From an uncultured bacterium (GTDB lineage: Bacteria > Chloroflexota > UBA5177 > JANWHV01), in contig CAWHAE010000012.1 in NCBI GenBank assembly GCA_963827235.1, forward strand, positions 896,001 to 960,000: a stretch of DNA of 64,000 bases, read 5' to 3'. Of this stretch, positions 1 to 10,328 are shown piece after piece (position 1 is the first letter of the stretch; each line of letters starts with the position of its first letter). The notes beneath the pieces were generated by a model. The model searched no databases. It had not been told where the DNA came from and was given only the letters and a program-made list of their open reading frames with translations. A program made the position numbers and the translations under genes.

Positions 1-1
1 C

Positions 2-2599
2 CCAGCTCGTGTTGCGATGCACCTGCCGCTGCACGAAGCCGAAGGCACACTCGTAGGTGGCGGCTACCGCGTGAACCGCCAGCGGGAACGCCGCCTTGAG
101 CAACACCTGTCGCTGGTGCCAGTCGATCGTGGTCAGGATGTCCACGCGCGGCGTGCCAGCGTGCAGCAGGATACGCTGGCGGATTGTGGAGTGGCCGAAG
201 TGCCGAGCGATCTCGATTCCGGCCCGAACAGGCCCCTCCTCGACGACCTGCCAGGAATGGACGCTATCTATCTCCACGCACTTGTCCACGTAGAACTCGT
301 CGATATCCCAGGCATCGTTGGCCAGTGGCTTGTCTTCGAAGGCCAGCAACCGGTTGCCCCCTCCCGGAGCAAGCACTTCGCGGCCGAAGCGCTTGTCGAC
401 CAGCGAAGCGAAGCGGCCTCGATCGTCCAGCTCCAGGCGGAAGTAGCGATTCTCGAGCACGCGCTCGCTGACCGCGAGCTCGGAAGGAGCGGCAGGGGCG
501 CTGCCGCCCGTGAAGACCAGCGCGTAGCCGAGCGGCGGCACCGTGAGCCCAGAGACGAGCACGCCACGCTCGGGCCAGGTAACGACCTGCGAGGCCAGCG
601 GCCGTCCATCCGCGGTAGCCAATGCGGCGTCCGCCGGCACGCTGGCCGGCAATCGCAACTCGAGAGTCTCGTTGCGAGGGAATGGAGAGGCGTTGAAGAC
701 GGCGATCGCGGGTCTCTCCGACTGTACCTGCCGCGCGACCACGTCCTGCGCCTCGGCCAGCACGCCCCCGGCCGTGGCCAGAATCGCCGCGTGTTGCCTG
801 CGCTCGTCCTCGTAGACCTCGCCGATCGAGGAGCCGGGCAGGATGTCATGGAACTGGTTCAGCAGCGCGTCCTCCCAGCACGCGGTGAGTCGCTCCTGGC
901 GTGAAGTAGCGTCGCGGTCGTAGGTCGCCGCCCAGGCGCACCAGAGCTCGGCGTCGTGGAGCAGGTGCTCGACACGCCTGTTGTTCCACTTGGCCCGCGC
1001 CTGGCTGGTATAGGTGCCGCGGTGCAGCTCGAAGTAGAGCTCACCCTCCCACACGGGAGAGCGCGGATCGCCCAGAACGCGCTCACCCAGGCCGGCAAGA
1101 TATGCATCGACGCTCGACTGCGAGACGCGAGGCAGGCCCGGGTAGTCCCGCAGGCGCGTCGCATACTCGAGCATCTGTTCGGTCGGACCGCCGCCGCCGT
1201 CCCCGAAGCCGAACGCGTACAGCGTCTGCGTGCTTGCCGCCTTGTCGCGGAAGCGTATCCAGCTCCCCAGCATCTCCTTCACGGAGAAGTCCCCGTTATA
1301 AGTGGCCTGACCGCGCTTCACCGGATAGGGATCGCGCTGGTAGTCGAGCGGATCCCAATCGGCACCCGCGGTCATGAAGTAGCCAAGCACTTCCGTGCCG
1401 TCGATGCCCCGCCAGCGAAACGCGTCGTGGGGCATACGGTTGGTGGCATTCCAACTCAGCTTGATCGTGACCATCGCCTGCACGCCCGCGCTGCGCATGA
1501 GCTGCGGCAGGGAGCCGGTGAAGCCGAAGACGTCCGGCAGCCACAGGTAGCGGCATATCTTGCCGAATCGCTGGCGCATGAAACGCTGCCCGTAGAGGAA
1601 TTGTCGCACCAGCGATTCGCCGCTCGTCAAGTTGCAGTCGGCCTCGACCCACATGGCGCCCGCCGGCTCCCAACGGCCTTCGGCGGCACGCTTCTCGATC
1701 TGGTGATAGAGCTCCGGCTCGTCCTCCTCCAGCCAGCGATACTGCTGCGGCTGGCTGCAAAGGAATCGGTAGTCCGGGTAACGCTCCATCAGTCGCAGAA
1801 CGGTCGACCAGCTGCGCGCTATTTTCCGCCTGGTCTGGGAGATCGGCCACATCCAGGCCGTATCGATGTGCGCGTGCCCGACCGCATCCACCGCCGGACG
1901 ACTGCCTGCCAAGCCGCGGGCGAGGGTCGCAAGGCCGGCCGAGAGATGGGTACGCGCCCTTGCCGCGGACTGACGGAATTCCTCGGAGGTGGGCTCCAGG
2001 CGGTTCACCATGTTCTCCGCCTCGAGCAACAGCGCGAGCAGCGCTGCGCGCTCGACCGCCGCATCGGGAAGCACGGCAAGCGCCTCCACGCCAACGGCCA
2101 AGTCGTAGTACAGCGCCTCAGCGTCCGCGTCGATCAGCTCCAGGCGGCAGTCGCCGACTGTAAACGCATCACTGGGCTTGCGCGCTATTGTCGTGACCGG
2201 CGATGCGTATGCCTCGATCGCCGCCAGGCGGGACACGCCGTCGCAGCACTCGGCCGGCAGCACGATTGTCCTGTGATTCTCGTCCAGGCCCTGCCACGGC
2301 CGGCCATCCAGATACGCCATGCCCTGGCCGCCCAGCGGCAACGACAGACGGACCTTTTGACCGGACCACGACGGTGGAACTCGGAACCAGGCTCGAAACC
2401 ACGCCCACTCCTGAGCGCCTCCCCATTGGCTTCCCGGCCCAACCGGCAGCCAGTCCGCCTCCTGCGCCGCCTCGACCTCGATCCCGTTGTTGCGGCCGGG
2501 CCGCATGATCAGACGCTCCAGTGGCAGTGACGCACGCACGATTGCTCGCTGCTGCTCCTTCACGCGCGCACGGAGGCGTGACTCCTGCGGCCTGCTCAT
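2..2599 (-). CDS. GH38 alpha-mannosidase; 3' end runs off the window
   Basis: Absent from the ORF track because it has no stop in the window. Hand translation near 1885-1740 gives AVGHAHIDTAWMWPISQTRRKIARSWSTVLRLMERYPDYRFLCSQPQQY (GH38 HxD motif); WLPDVFGF and GFGDGGGGP follow. The ATG at 2599 overlaps the upstream TGA (ATGA). Confidence 0.93.
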   Translation of the reverse strand, partial: MSRPQESRLRARVKEQQRAIVRASLPLERLIMRPGRNNGIEVEAAQEADWLPVGPGSQWGGAQEWAWFRAWFRVPPSWSGQKVRLSLPLGGQGMAYLDGRPWQGLDENHRTIVLPAECCDGVSRLAAIEAYASPVTTIARKPSDAFTVGDCRLELIDADAEALYYDLAVGVEALAVLPDAAVERAALLALLLEAENMVNRLEPTSEEFRQSAARARTHLSAGLATLARGLAGSRPAVDAVGHAHIDTAWMWPISQTRRKIARSWSTVLRLMERYPDYRFLCSQPQQYRWLEEDEPELYHQIEKRAAEGRWEPAGAMWVEADCNLTSGESLVRQFLYGQRFMRQRFGKICRYLWLPDVFGFTGSLPQLMRSAGVQAMVTIKLSWNATNRMPHDAFRWRGIDGTEVLGYFMTAGADWDPLDYQRDPYPVKRGQATYNGDFSVKEMLGSWIRFRDKAASTQTLYAFGFGDGGGGPTEQMLEYATRLRDYPGLPRVSQSSVDAYLAGLGERVLGDPRSPVWEGELYFELHRGTYTSQARAKWNNRRVEHLLHDAELWCAWAATYDRDATSRQERLTACWEDALLNQFHDILPGSSIGEVYEDERRQHAAILATAGGVLAEAQDVVARQVQSERPAIAVFNASPFPRNETLELRLPASVPADAALATADGRPLASQVVTWPERGVLVSGLTVPPLGYALVFTGGSAPAAPSELAVSERVLENRYFRLELDDRGRFASLVDKRFGREVLAPGGGNRLLAFEDKPLANDAWDIDEFYVDKCVEIDSVHSWQVVEEGPVRAGIEIARHFGHSTIRQRILLHAGTPRVDILTTIDWHQRQVLLKAAFPLAVHAVAATYECAFGFVQRQVHRNTSW

Positions 2600-3600
2600 T
2601 GCAGCACCCGCCGGTGCACGGAGTCGATCACCGCCTGCGAGGAGCTTATCGGGATCGAGCAGTTGCCGGTCAGAATCAGGCCGCGATTTCGCGCTTGCTC
2701 TGCCGCGGTCGACACCTGCTCCAGGGCAAGCGAGTCATCGGCGGCGGCAAGCGCCTCATTGGAGAGCCCGCCGGCCACGGCGCGATCGCGGACGGTGTCG
2801 GCCAGATCGCCCAGGCTCGGATTGCCTTCCTCGGTGGCAGCCCAGTTGAGAATATGACACGGGTAGTCGACCAGCCGCCGAACCATGCTGTTCTTGCGGC
2901 AGACGTGCACGACGTTGACCCGCGCCTCGGCGGCCGCGGCCAGCACGCGCAGGTCGTATGGCCGACCGAAGGTCTCGTACTCGGCGTCGGTCAGGGTATC
3001 GTAGGTGGCCCAGGCCCCGGTTGCGAAGAAGATGCCGCTCGCTCCGGCGTTGAGCACCTCGTGCACGAAGGCGATAAAGGTCTCGGTAATCGCTTCGAGC
3101 GCGCCGTGCACCGCGGTCGGGTGCTCCCGCAGGTGCTGCCGCAGGAGGGCGGTGCCGGTGCCGGTCAGGTAGCCGGCCACGCAGATGGGACAGAACACCG
3201 TCTCCACGAAAGGAACGGCGCCGCGCAGCCCACGCCGGATCTCGCTCAGCGCCCGCAGCTGCTCGTCGAACGGCGGCGCGCCGGGCGATCGCGCCTCGAC
3301 ATTCTGCCAGTCTCCCGGAGACGTGACCACGGCTCGCTCGAGGACTGGCTTCACGTCCGGCAGGCCGGAATAGCGGTAGCGGTTGCCCCAGACCTCGGCA
3401 TGGTATTGTGCTCGCGGATTGACCTTGAGCAGGTCGAAGTCGTTCCGCGCCTGCCAATCGAGCATGGCTCGCGCCAGGTCCGCGGCCGAGGTCTCCCGGT
3501 CGTAGAAGTGGCGCCAGAGCGCCCAGGGAATACGGTCGGTCGGCTGTTGGCGGACGCTGGCTTCAAGCCGTTCCCACTTATCCATATGTCCTTGAGACAT
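2596..3600 (-). CDS. Uroporphyrinogen decarboxylase/methyltransferase (URO-D/CIMS-like) family protein
   Basis: Motifs ERLEA..DRIP..LWRHF, TVFCP, GASGIFFAT, FGRPYDLRVL, VHVC, LILTGNCSIP. It lacks the HemE RQAGR motif. Confidence 0.8.
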   Translation of the reverse strand: MSQGHMDKWERLEASVRQQPTDRIPWALWRHFYDRETSAADLARAMLDWQARNDFDLLKVNPRAQYHAEVWGNRYRYSGLPDVKPVLERAVVTSPGDWQNVEARSPGAPPFDEQLRALSEIRRGLRGAVPFVETVFCPICVAGYLTGTGTALLRQHLREHPTAVHGALEAITETFIAFVHEVLNAGASGIFFATGAWATYDTLTDAEYETFGRPYDLRVLAAAAEARVNVVHVCRKNSMVRRLVDYPCHILNWAATEEGNPSLGDLADTVRDRAVAGGLSNEALAAADDSLALEQVSTAAEQARNRGLILTGNCSIPISSSQAVIDSVHRRVLQ

Positions 3601-3804
3601 TCCCAGCTCCTCTCGATCGCTTGGCCGGTTTGCGGCAACCGGGTCCCACCATGCAAGTAGTCGTCTGGTTGACGTGGCTGCAGAACACTTCTGGGCTCAG
3701 ACTGCCGGCGGCGTCTCGCGTGCACCCGGCGGGGGCGTAGCGGACGAATGCAACGCGCCTCAGCCGTATTCGACGAAAGCCCGGCTGCACGAGTGCCTGC
3801 TCTC

Positions 3805-4047
3805 TCAGCACGGTGGCTTTGCGCCTACGAGCCACGGCCAGCGGCGCCAAAAGGCGAGAATCATTCGCCGCAACGTCGCCGGCTTCATAAGGGCAAACGT
3901 GCTCCAGGAGAGCATAATCAAACTGATCAGACCGTTGATGCTGACCAGACGCTCGGCGACAAGGCTGGGCTGCGACGTGTGCTCTGCCCCTGCGATGCCG
4001 CCCGTGTTCGGGTCAACTTGCGACGTCGTGCTGCCGGTGTCACCCAT
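3805..4047 (-). CDS. Possible small membrane protein (80 aa)
   Basis: Hydrophobic stretch LVSINGLISLIMLSWSTFALM followed by a basic Trp-rich tail. A -10-like TATGCT lies 6 nt before the ATG (leaderless geometry). Confidence 0.35.
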   Translation of the reverse strand: MGDTGSTTSQVDPNTGGIAGAEHTSQPSLVAERLVSINGLISLIMLSWSTFALMKPATLRRMILAFWRRWPWLVGAKPPC

Positions 4048-4154
4048 GGCTTGAGCATAGCCACGTGACGGTATCCGGGGCAAGCTGAACGTGGTTCCGG
4101 CGCCCATCGCGGCGGATACGGCGCAACCGCCGGGGCAACCCGGTATGATCAACG

Positions 4155-5021
4155 GTGAATACCGGTTCCGACGCGCGTGCCGCCATCGCCGCGAATGGCG
4201 CGGCGGGACGCCATGGCACACGTGAAAGCAGCCCCATCGTGTTGAGAACAGTCTCGGCCGTCCGCTACCTCGCCCCGTTGCGCGAAGGCGGCTCCCTGCC
4301 GGCGGTCGTGGAGGCCGACGACGGCGAGTTGTACGTGCTGAAGTTCCGCGGCGCCGGGCAGGGGCAGCGAGCGCTGATCGCCGAGATGATGGCAGGCGAG
4401 ATCGGCAGGCTGCTGGGCTTGAGCGTGCCCGAAATCGTGCTGGTGGAGCTCGATCCGGCGTTTGGCCGCTCCGAGCCCGATCCCGAGATCCACGACCTGA
4501 TCGCGGCAAGCACTGGTCTGAATCTGGGGCTCCGCTACCTGGCGGGCGCGCTGGCTTTCGACCCGGTCCTCACACCGTCGCCGTCTCCCGACGTGGCGTC
4601 GGCGATCGTGTGGTTCGACGCCTTCGTCACCAACGTTGATCGCACGGCGCGCAACACCAACATGCTCCTCTGGCAGGATCAGCTCTGGCTGATCGATCAC
4701 GGTGCCTCGCTGTATTTTCATCACTCCTGGGACGGCTACCTGGAGCGGAGCGCCTCGCCCTTCCCGTATATCAAGGATCACGTACTGCTGCGAGAGGCGG
4801 CGCTGCTCGGGGACGTCGACGCGCCTCTCGCCGCCAGGCTGGAAGCACCGGCGCTCCGCCGGATAGTGGATGCTGTTCCCGCGCAGTGGCTGGCCGACGA
4901 GCCCTCGTTTCGCTCACCGGGTGAACACCGAGATGCCTACCTGGAGTTTCTCAACGCCCGGCTGCAGTCGCCGCGAGCGTTCGTGGGGGAGGCAATCAAT
5001 GCCCACCGCGCACTCCTATGA
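4155..5021 (+). CDS. HipA-like (HipA_2-type) kinase
   Basis: Motifs PLREGGSLP, YVLKFRGAGQG..ALIAE, NVDRTARNTN, LIDHG. The start may instead be near 4239. Confidence 0.85.
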   Translation: MNTGSDARAAIAANGAAGRHGTRESSPIVLRTVSAVRYLAPLREGGSLPAVVEADDGELYVLKFRGAGQGQRALIAEMMAGEIGRLLGLSVPEIVLVELDPAFGRSEPDPEIHDLIAASTGLNLGLRYLAGALAFDPVLTPSPSPDVASAIVWFDAFVTNVDRTARNTNMLLWQDQLWLIDHGASLYFHHSWDGYLERSASPFPYIKDHVLLREAALLGDVDAPLAARLEAPALRRIVDAVPAQWLADEPSFRSPGEHRDAYLEFLNARLQSPRAFVGEAINAHRALL

Positions 5022-5391
5022 CTACGCCGTACTACGAGTGGTGCCTCGCGTGGAGCGGTGCGAGTTCATCAACGCGGGCGTCATTCTGTTCTGCCGCGTG
5101 CGGCGATTCCTGGGCGCCTCCGTCGAGCTCGATCGCGAGCGACTTCGCGCGCTCGCTCCCTGCGTCGACGCCGAGCAGGTGGAAAAGCACCTGTCTGCGG
5201 TCTCCCTGGTGTGCGCCGGGGGCCGGGCCGCCGGCCCGATCGGCATGCTCGGCATGGCGGAGCGCTTCCACTGGCTGGTGTCACCGCGAAGCACGCTGGT
5301 CCAGCCATCGCCCGTGCACTGCGGTATGTGCGACGATCCGGCAAGGGAGCTGGAGCACCTGCTGGACACGATGGTGCGCCGCTTGGAGTAG
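4999..5391 (+). CDS. DUF3037 family protein
   Basis: YDYAVLRVVPRVERCEFINAGV and ERFHWLVSPRSTLVQPSPVH; overlaps the kinase stop, the usual pairing. Confidence 0.88.
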   Translation: MPTAHSYDYAVLRVVPRVERCEFINAGVILFCRVRRFLGASVELDRERLRALAPCVDAEQVEKHLSAVSLVCAGGRAAGPIGMLGMAERFHWLVSPRSTLVQPSPVHCGMCDDPARELEHLLDTMVRRLE

Positions 5392-5420
5392 TCACGCTCA
5401 GCCGGTATCATCCTGGCGAG

Positions 5421-7055
5421 ATGCAAGTCAGCACACCAGGCCGACCAACTTCCACCGCGGCCGGCGCCAGGAAGGCGTGGCGGAGATACGTCTCCCTGCC
5501 GGCGGCGACCGTGCTGATGATCGCCTTTCTGTTGAGCCGCGTGCTCGGCATGCTGCGCCAGGTGCTCTTTGCCGCGTTGATCGGCACCCACACCACGGGC
5601 GCCAGCGCCTATGTGACGGCCTTTCGCGCTCCGGACTTCGTGTTCAACCTGGTCTCCGGGGGCGCCTTCGCCTCGGCCTTCATTCCCACTTTTGCCGGTT
5701 ACCTGGCCAGGAACTCGGAGGACGAGGAAGCCGAGGGCTGGCGCGTGGCCAGCACCGTGTTTTACCTGACCATCGTCGTGCTGCTGCCGGCGCTGGTGCT
5801 GGCGATCATCCTGGCGCCGCGCTACGTGCCGCAGATTGCCGGGCCCCAGCACCCGGGTTTGGTTGCCGCCACGATTCCGCTCACGCGGATCATGCTGCTG
5901 CAGCCCCTGTTCATGGCACTGATCACCATCTGCCAGGGGGTATCGAATTCCTATCTTCGATTCACGGTGCCCGCGCTGGCGCCCCTCGTGTACAACAGCA
6001 GCATCATCGTGGGCATCTTGATCGGTCATTTCACCGGAGTAACGGCCATTGCCTGGTCGGTGACCCTCGGCGCGGCCCTGCAGCTTGGGTTGCAGCTTCC
6101 GTTTCTGCCCTATGGCAGCCGCCTGCTCCACCTCACGATCAGTCTCGGATCCGCCGGCGTGCACGAGATCGGCCGCCTGATGGTGCCTCGCCTGTTTGGC
6201 CAGGCCGGCATACAGGCGACGTTCATCGTGACCACCTACCTGGCAAACAGAGTACAGGGACCGAATCCCAATCCCGCGCTCACTTATGGCTGGACGCTGA
6301 TTCTGCTGCCGGTCGGCATCTTCGCCGCCGCTCTGGGCCAGACGGCTTTCCCGGTGATGTCCAAGCAGGCGGCAGCGGGAGACATGCGAGGCTTCGCACA
6401 CACGGTGAGCCAGACGATCCGCATGGTGTTCTTTCTGACCGTGCCCGCCGCCGCGGGCCTGATCATCCTGGCGCCGCGGGTGGTACGCGTGCTCTTCGCT
6501 TACGGCACCAGCAACGACAGCGTGGATATCCAGCTCATCACCCTGGCCACGGTGTACTACGCGGTGGGCATCCCGGGTCACTCCCTGGCCGAGGTGCTTC
6601 CGCGGGCGTTCTTCTCCATTCGCAACACGGTGACGCCCGTCCTGGTCGTCGTTTGGACGCTCTCGATGGCCATTCTCGTCAGTGTCGTATCCGTCAAGGT
6701 GCTCAGCCCGGAGCATGCGGTGGCCGGTCTAGCCTTCGCCATATCCATCGCCGTGCTGGCGGAAGCGGTCAACCTCATCGTCGCCCTGCATCGGGCGGTG
6801 CCGCAGTTCACCCTAGGCCCGCTCGGCTGGGCCCTGGCGCGCACCAACGTCGCCACCGGCGTGATGCTACTGGGAGTCGCCCTGACCGCGGATCGACTCA
6901 TTCACGCGATCAATCCCAGCCGGTTTGGATCATTTGTCACGCTGCTCATCTGCGTGCCACTCGGAGCAGCGCTCTATCTCGCCGCCTCGCTCCTGCTGCG
7001 CGTCCCCGAAGCGTACAGCATCGTCGCGCGCCTGCGCGGCAGGGTGGGTCGCTGA
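5421..7055 (+). CDS. murJ: Lipid II flippase MurJ/MviN
   Basis: LSRVLGMLRQ, AFRAPDFVFNLVSGGAFASAFIP, LPVGIF; many TM helices. Confidence 0.92.
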   Translation: MQVSTPGRPTSTAAGARKAWRRYVSLPAATVLMIAFLLSRVLGMLRQVLFAALIGTHTTGASAYVTAFRAPDFVFNLVSGGAFASAFIPTFAGYLARNSEDEEAEGWRVASTVFYLTIVVLLPALVLAIILAPRYVPQIAGPQHPGLVAATIPLTRIMLLQPLFMALITICQGVSNSYLRFTVPALAPLVYNSSIIVGILIGHFTGVTAIAWSVTLGAALQLGLQLPFLPYGSRLLHLTISLGSAGVHEIGRLMVPRLFGQAGIQATFIVTTYLANRVQGPNPNPALTYGWTLILLPVGIFAAALGQTAFPVMSKQAAAGDMRGFAHTVSQTIRMVFFLTVPAAAGLIILAPRVVRVLFAYGTSNDSVDIQLITLATVYYAVGIPGHSLAEVLPRAFFSIRNTVTPVLVVVWTLSMAILVSVVSVKVLSPEHAVAGLAFAISIAVLAEAVNLIVALHRAVPQFTLGPLGWALARTNVATGVMLLGVALTADRLIHAINPSRFGSFVTLLICVPLGAALYLAASLLLRVPEAYSIVARLRGRVGR

Positions 7056-7161
7056 GGAACCGTACCCGGCCGCGGCCAAGGTACCGTTCCTCCATATGGA
7101 AAGACCGGTTCCACTGGGCAATCGTATGAGCGTGCTCGGCGTTTGTCCTGACGAGCACCGC

Positions 7162-8736
7162 TTATGCCAGTGTGACCGGCAGCCTGCCGCGCGGCACAAC
7201 GTCTCCACGCAGCACGCGAAGCACGGAAAGCAAGGCAGGGTCGCTGGTGCTATAGGAGCAGAGCGTAGCCGTTGCCGCCGCGAAGCGCGACAGCACGTAC
7301 GGCGAGCCGAGGGAGACCACCGTCAGAGGAACGCCGGTTCCCGCGAGCATGGAAGCCAGCTCGGCTAGCTCGGCGCTCACGCCGACCGCGTCGGGATCGA
7401 AGCTCTCCACTCTGTTGAAGTGCAGCAGAGCGGCCCAATGAGCGGCCCGCGCCTGATCGACGGCCTTGCGCACCTGAGACGCGTCCGGCGTGGGATCGAC
7501 CATCAACACCTCGGCGTTTTCCCAGCCGATCCCGGCAAGCGCGCCGCGGAGCTGAGCATCCACGGACGGGCCGAAGCGTCGGGCCATGCGCGTGGCAATG
7601 ATCAGCGGGCGCTGCGGCAGCGACGCCAGGCCGCCTCCCACCAGGGTCGTGGCAGCGCTCGCTATGCGCTCCGCGACGGCGCGATGGGCTTCGACGGCGA
7701 TCGCGCGACGCAGCATGCCGAGATCGCGTGAGGCCGGACGATTGAGCGACTCGCCGAAGATGCGGGCCTTGGCAGAGAGCACCCGTGCGGCCGACTGGCT
7801 GACGCGCCGCTCGGCCAGCGCTCCGTCTCGCAGCGCCGCTTTGATGGCGTCGTAGGCGAGCTCCCAGACATGAGTGAGCAGCAGGTCGACGCCGGCGTCG
7901 ACGGCTCGCACGTGCGACACGCGAGGCTCGTAGTTGTGTGCAATGGCATGCATGTTCATGCAATCGGTTACCACGACGCCCCGGAAGCCCATACGTTCGC
8001 GCAGCAGATCCGTCAGTATGGGCTTCGAGAGCGTGGCAGGAACGTCGGGCTCCGGGTCGAGCGCGGGATAAGCAACGTGCGCCGTCATCAGCATGGCCAC
8101 GCCGGCGTCGATGGCATCTGCGAACGGCGGGAGCTCGACCGCCTCCAGCCGCTCCCGCGGCCGGCACACCGCGGCCAGCCTGAGATGCGAGTCCTCCACC
8201 GTGTCGCCATGGCCGGGAAAGTGCTTGCCGATGGCAAGAACGTCTTGCCGGCCGTCGACCGGCGCCTGCAGCCCTTCGATGAAGGCTCGCCCGTGCTCTC
8301 CCACCAGCTGCGGCGATGCCCCAAACGATCGCGTGTTGATGATCGGGTTGGCGGGATTGACGTTCACGTCCAGAACCGGCGCCGCCACGACGTTGATGCC
8401 GCAAGCACGGGCCTCGGCGGCCGTCACCTCGGCGGCGGCTCGTGTGAGATCCAGGTCGGCGGCAGCACCGAGAGCCATGGCAGTCGGCAGATAGGTAGCT
8501 CCGCCCATGACCAGACCCAGCCCTGCCTCGGCATCCACGCCGATGAGCAGCGGCACCTTTGCCGCGGCCTGCGCCCTGTTGACGAGCTCGGCGGCTTCCT
8601 CGGGCGAATGCATCTGTGTGGGCAGCAGCCAGATGCCGCCTATCCGCCCGGCGCGAGCAGCCCGTTCGGCCGAGGCAAACTCCTCCATCGTGGTGACGAA
8701 TGCCCAGAGCAGCTGGCCTATCTCATCCTCGATCAT
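7162..8736 (-). CDS. GH3 beta-N-acetylhexosaminidase (NagZ-type, two domains)
   Basis: KHFPGHGDTVEDSH, NPANPIINTRSFG, nucleophile region VVTDCMNM. Confidence 0.9.
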   Translation of the reverse strand: MIEDEIGQLLWAFVTTMEEFASAERAARAGRIGGIWLLPTQMHSPEEAAELVNRAQAAAKVPLLIGVDAEAGLGLVMGGATYLPTAMALGAAADLDLTRAAAEVTAAEARACGINVVAAPVLDVNVNPANPIINTRSFGASPQLVGEHGRAFIEGLQAPVDGRQDVLAIGKHFPGHGDTVEDSHLRLAAVCRPRERLEAVELPPFADAIDAGVAMLMTAHVAYPALDPEPDVPATLSKPILTDLLRERMGFRGVVVTDCMNMHAIAHNYEPRVSHVRAVDAGVDLLLTHVWELAYDAIKAALRDGALAERRVSQSAARVLSAKARIFGESLNRPASRDLGMLRRAIAVEAHRAVAERIASAATTLVGGGLASLPQRPLIIATRMARRFGPSVDAQLRGALAGIGWENAEVLMVDPTPDASQVRKAVDQARAAHWAALLHFNRVESFDPDAVGVSAELAELASMLAGTGVPLTVVSLGSPYVLSRFAAATATLCSYSTSDPALLSVLRVLRGDVVPRGRLPVTLA

Positions 8737-8778
8737 CGATTCTCTCCCAACTTGCTGAGCCGGACGCCGCAAGGGCGT

Positions 8779-9843
8779 TCAATAGGTCAGGAACGACGTG
8801 CCGCGAGGAGGAGCCGTGGAGTCGCGCACCACGAGCCTGGTCGACAGCTCGACGCGGTGGGCATTCAAGGGCTGGCCCTTCAGCAGCCGGTACAGAACGT
8901 CGATGCCCAGCCTGCCGATACCCCTGAAGGGCTGCTGGACCGTGGTCAAGGCAGGTGTGACCAGCGCGGCCAGCTCGATGTCGCCGAATCCGACCACGGA
9001 GAGATCGTTGGGCACACTCAGCCTGTGCTCGCGTGCCGCGCGCATGACGCCCAGAGCAAGGTGATCGCCCATCGCCACGATCGCGGTCGGCGAGTGGGCG
9101 CGAGAGAGCAACGCCTCCGCCGCTTCGCAGCCGCCCATGATGCTCATCTCGGCCGCGTGGACCAGCCCGGGTACCAGGGGAAGTCCGGCGGCGAGCAGGG
9201 CGGCCTGGTATCCGGCCAGGCGATCGATGCTGGCGCTCCAGGACTCGGGACCGGTGATCACGCCGATATGCGTGTGGCCCAGGCTGATCAGATGCTCGGT
9301 AGCCGTCTTGGCACCGGCCCAGTTGGCGGACGCCACGACGGCGACCGTGTCGGGAACCGGCAGCACGGGGTCGATCACCACGAAGGGGTAATTGCTGGCC
9401 TGGAGGGCGGCGAGCTCCGTGCCCGACTCGGGCGGTGAGATCAGCACAGCGCCGTCGGTGGCGCCCTGCATCAATCGCTCGCGCAGTGCCGCCGCGGGCA
9501 GCGGCGACGCATCCGCCTGGCAGATGAGCAGCCTCGCGTCGTGATCCGCCAGACCCTCGATGGCGCCGGAAATGATCTCGGTGACGGCATCGCCATGAAT
9601 CTGCTGCACGGAGAGCGCGATGAGGCCGGTCTCATAGCTGGCGCGCGCGATACGGTTGCTGACGTAGCCGGCGTCTCGCACGTGCTGGAGCACGGCGGCC
9701 CGCGTGGCGGCGGAGACATCCGGCCGGCCGTTGAGCACACGCGACACCGTGGCCATGGACACTCCGGCCCGCTCCGCGATATCGCGAATGGCTGCGCGCG
9801 AGCCGGAGCTTCGCAGACGCTCCACGTCGGTGGCACCGGTCAT
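8779..9843 (-). CDS. LacI family transcriptional regulator
   Basis: HTH IRDIAERAGVSMATVSRVLNG; sugar-binding domain ending VPNDLSVVGF...LTTVQQP...LVVRDST. Confidence 0.95.
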   Translation of the reverse strand: MTGATDVERLRSSGSRAAIRDIAERAGVSMATVSRVLNGRPDVSAATRAAVLQHVRDAGYVSNRIARASYETGLIALSVQQIHGDAVTEIISGAIEGLADHDARLLICQADASPLPAAALRERLMQGATDGAVLISPPESGTELAALQASNYPFVVIDPVLPVPDTVAVVASANWAGAKTATEHLISLGHTHIGVITGPESWSASIDRLAGYQAALLAAGLPLVPGLVHAAEMSIMGGCEAAEALLSRAHSPTAIVAMGDHLALGVMRAAREHRLSVPNDLSVVGFGDIELAALVTPALTTVQQPFRGIGRLGIDVLYRLLKGQPLNAHRVELSTRLVVRDSTAPPRGTSFLTY

Positions 9844-9955
9844 CTCTACACTCCCGACCCCCAGAACGGCAATCACATCTCGCTGCCTACCGGCAGGTAG
9901 AGCCCATCCGCGGCGCTGACCGGGCCCCGACCGTTGCAGCCGGCTTCGGAGAGAT

Positions 9956-10013
9956 CTGAAAACTATTCCGGTATTTCTTGCCAAATACTAGCGCACCGTG
10001 CGACCGTTGTCAA
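9956..10013 (-). promoter_or_regulatory. Sigma70 promoter of lacI plus a downstream operator-like site
   Basis: Minus strand TTGACA(10013-10008)-17 nt-TAGTAT(9990-9985), then imperfect palindrome CTGAAAACTATTCCGG at 9956-9971. Confidence 0.7.
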
Positions 10014-10328
10014 ATGCTGGATCCAGGCACCCGGACCGGCGCTTGGTAGCGTGGCCGGCAGCCGCCGGGCACCAGGCTCCTGTCTATTCTAGCGTCTGCT
10101 CGCGACCGTACGCGGCGCAGGCTCCGATCGCGGTTTCGTGCTCAAACCGCGGGCCCGGCGCCGCGCGCTGACTTCTCAGAGGAATCAGACTTGTCCCGAA
10201 CTTACGCGCGACCCGCGGCGATGAGACCGAGCCACGATCACGACGCTACTTCGCCGGCAGCTCGTGTGCGTGCAGCGCAGATCGCCGTGCCCGTCTCGGG
10301 CGCTCCCCGGGAGTGCGCCCCCGATCGG

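Noticed and set aside
17-2530. Long plus-strand ORFs 17-904 and 956-2530
   Set aside because: Antisense shadows of the GH38 gene; high GC suppresses stop codons. The same applies to most overlapping ORFs in the track.
2596-3600. Calling this gene hemE
   Set aside because: The HemE signature RQAGR is absent and the context is glycan catabolism.
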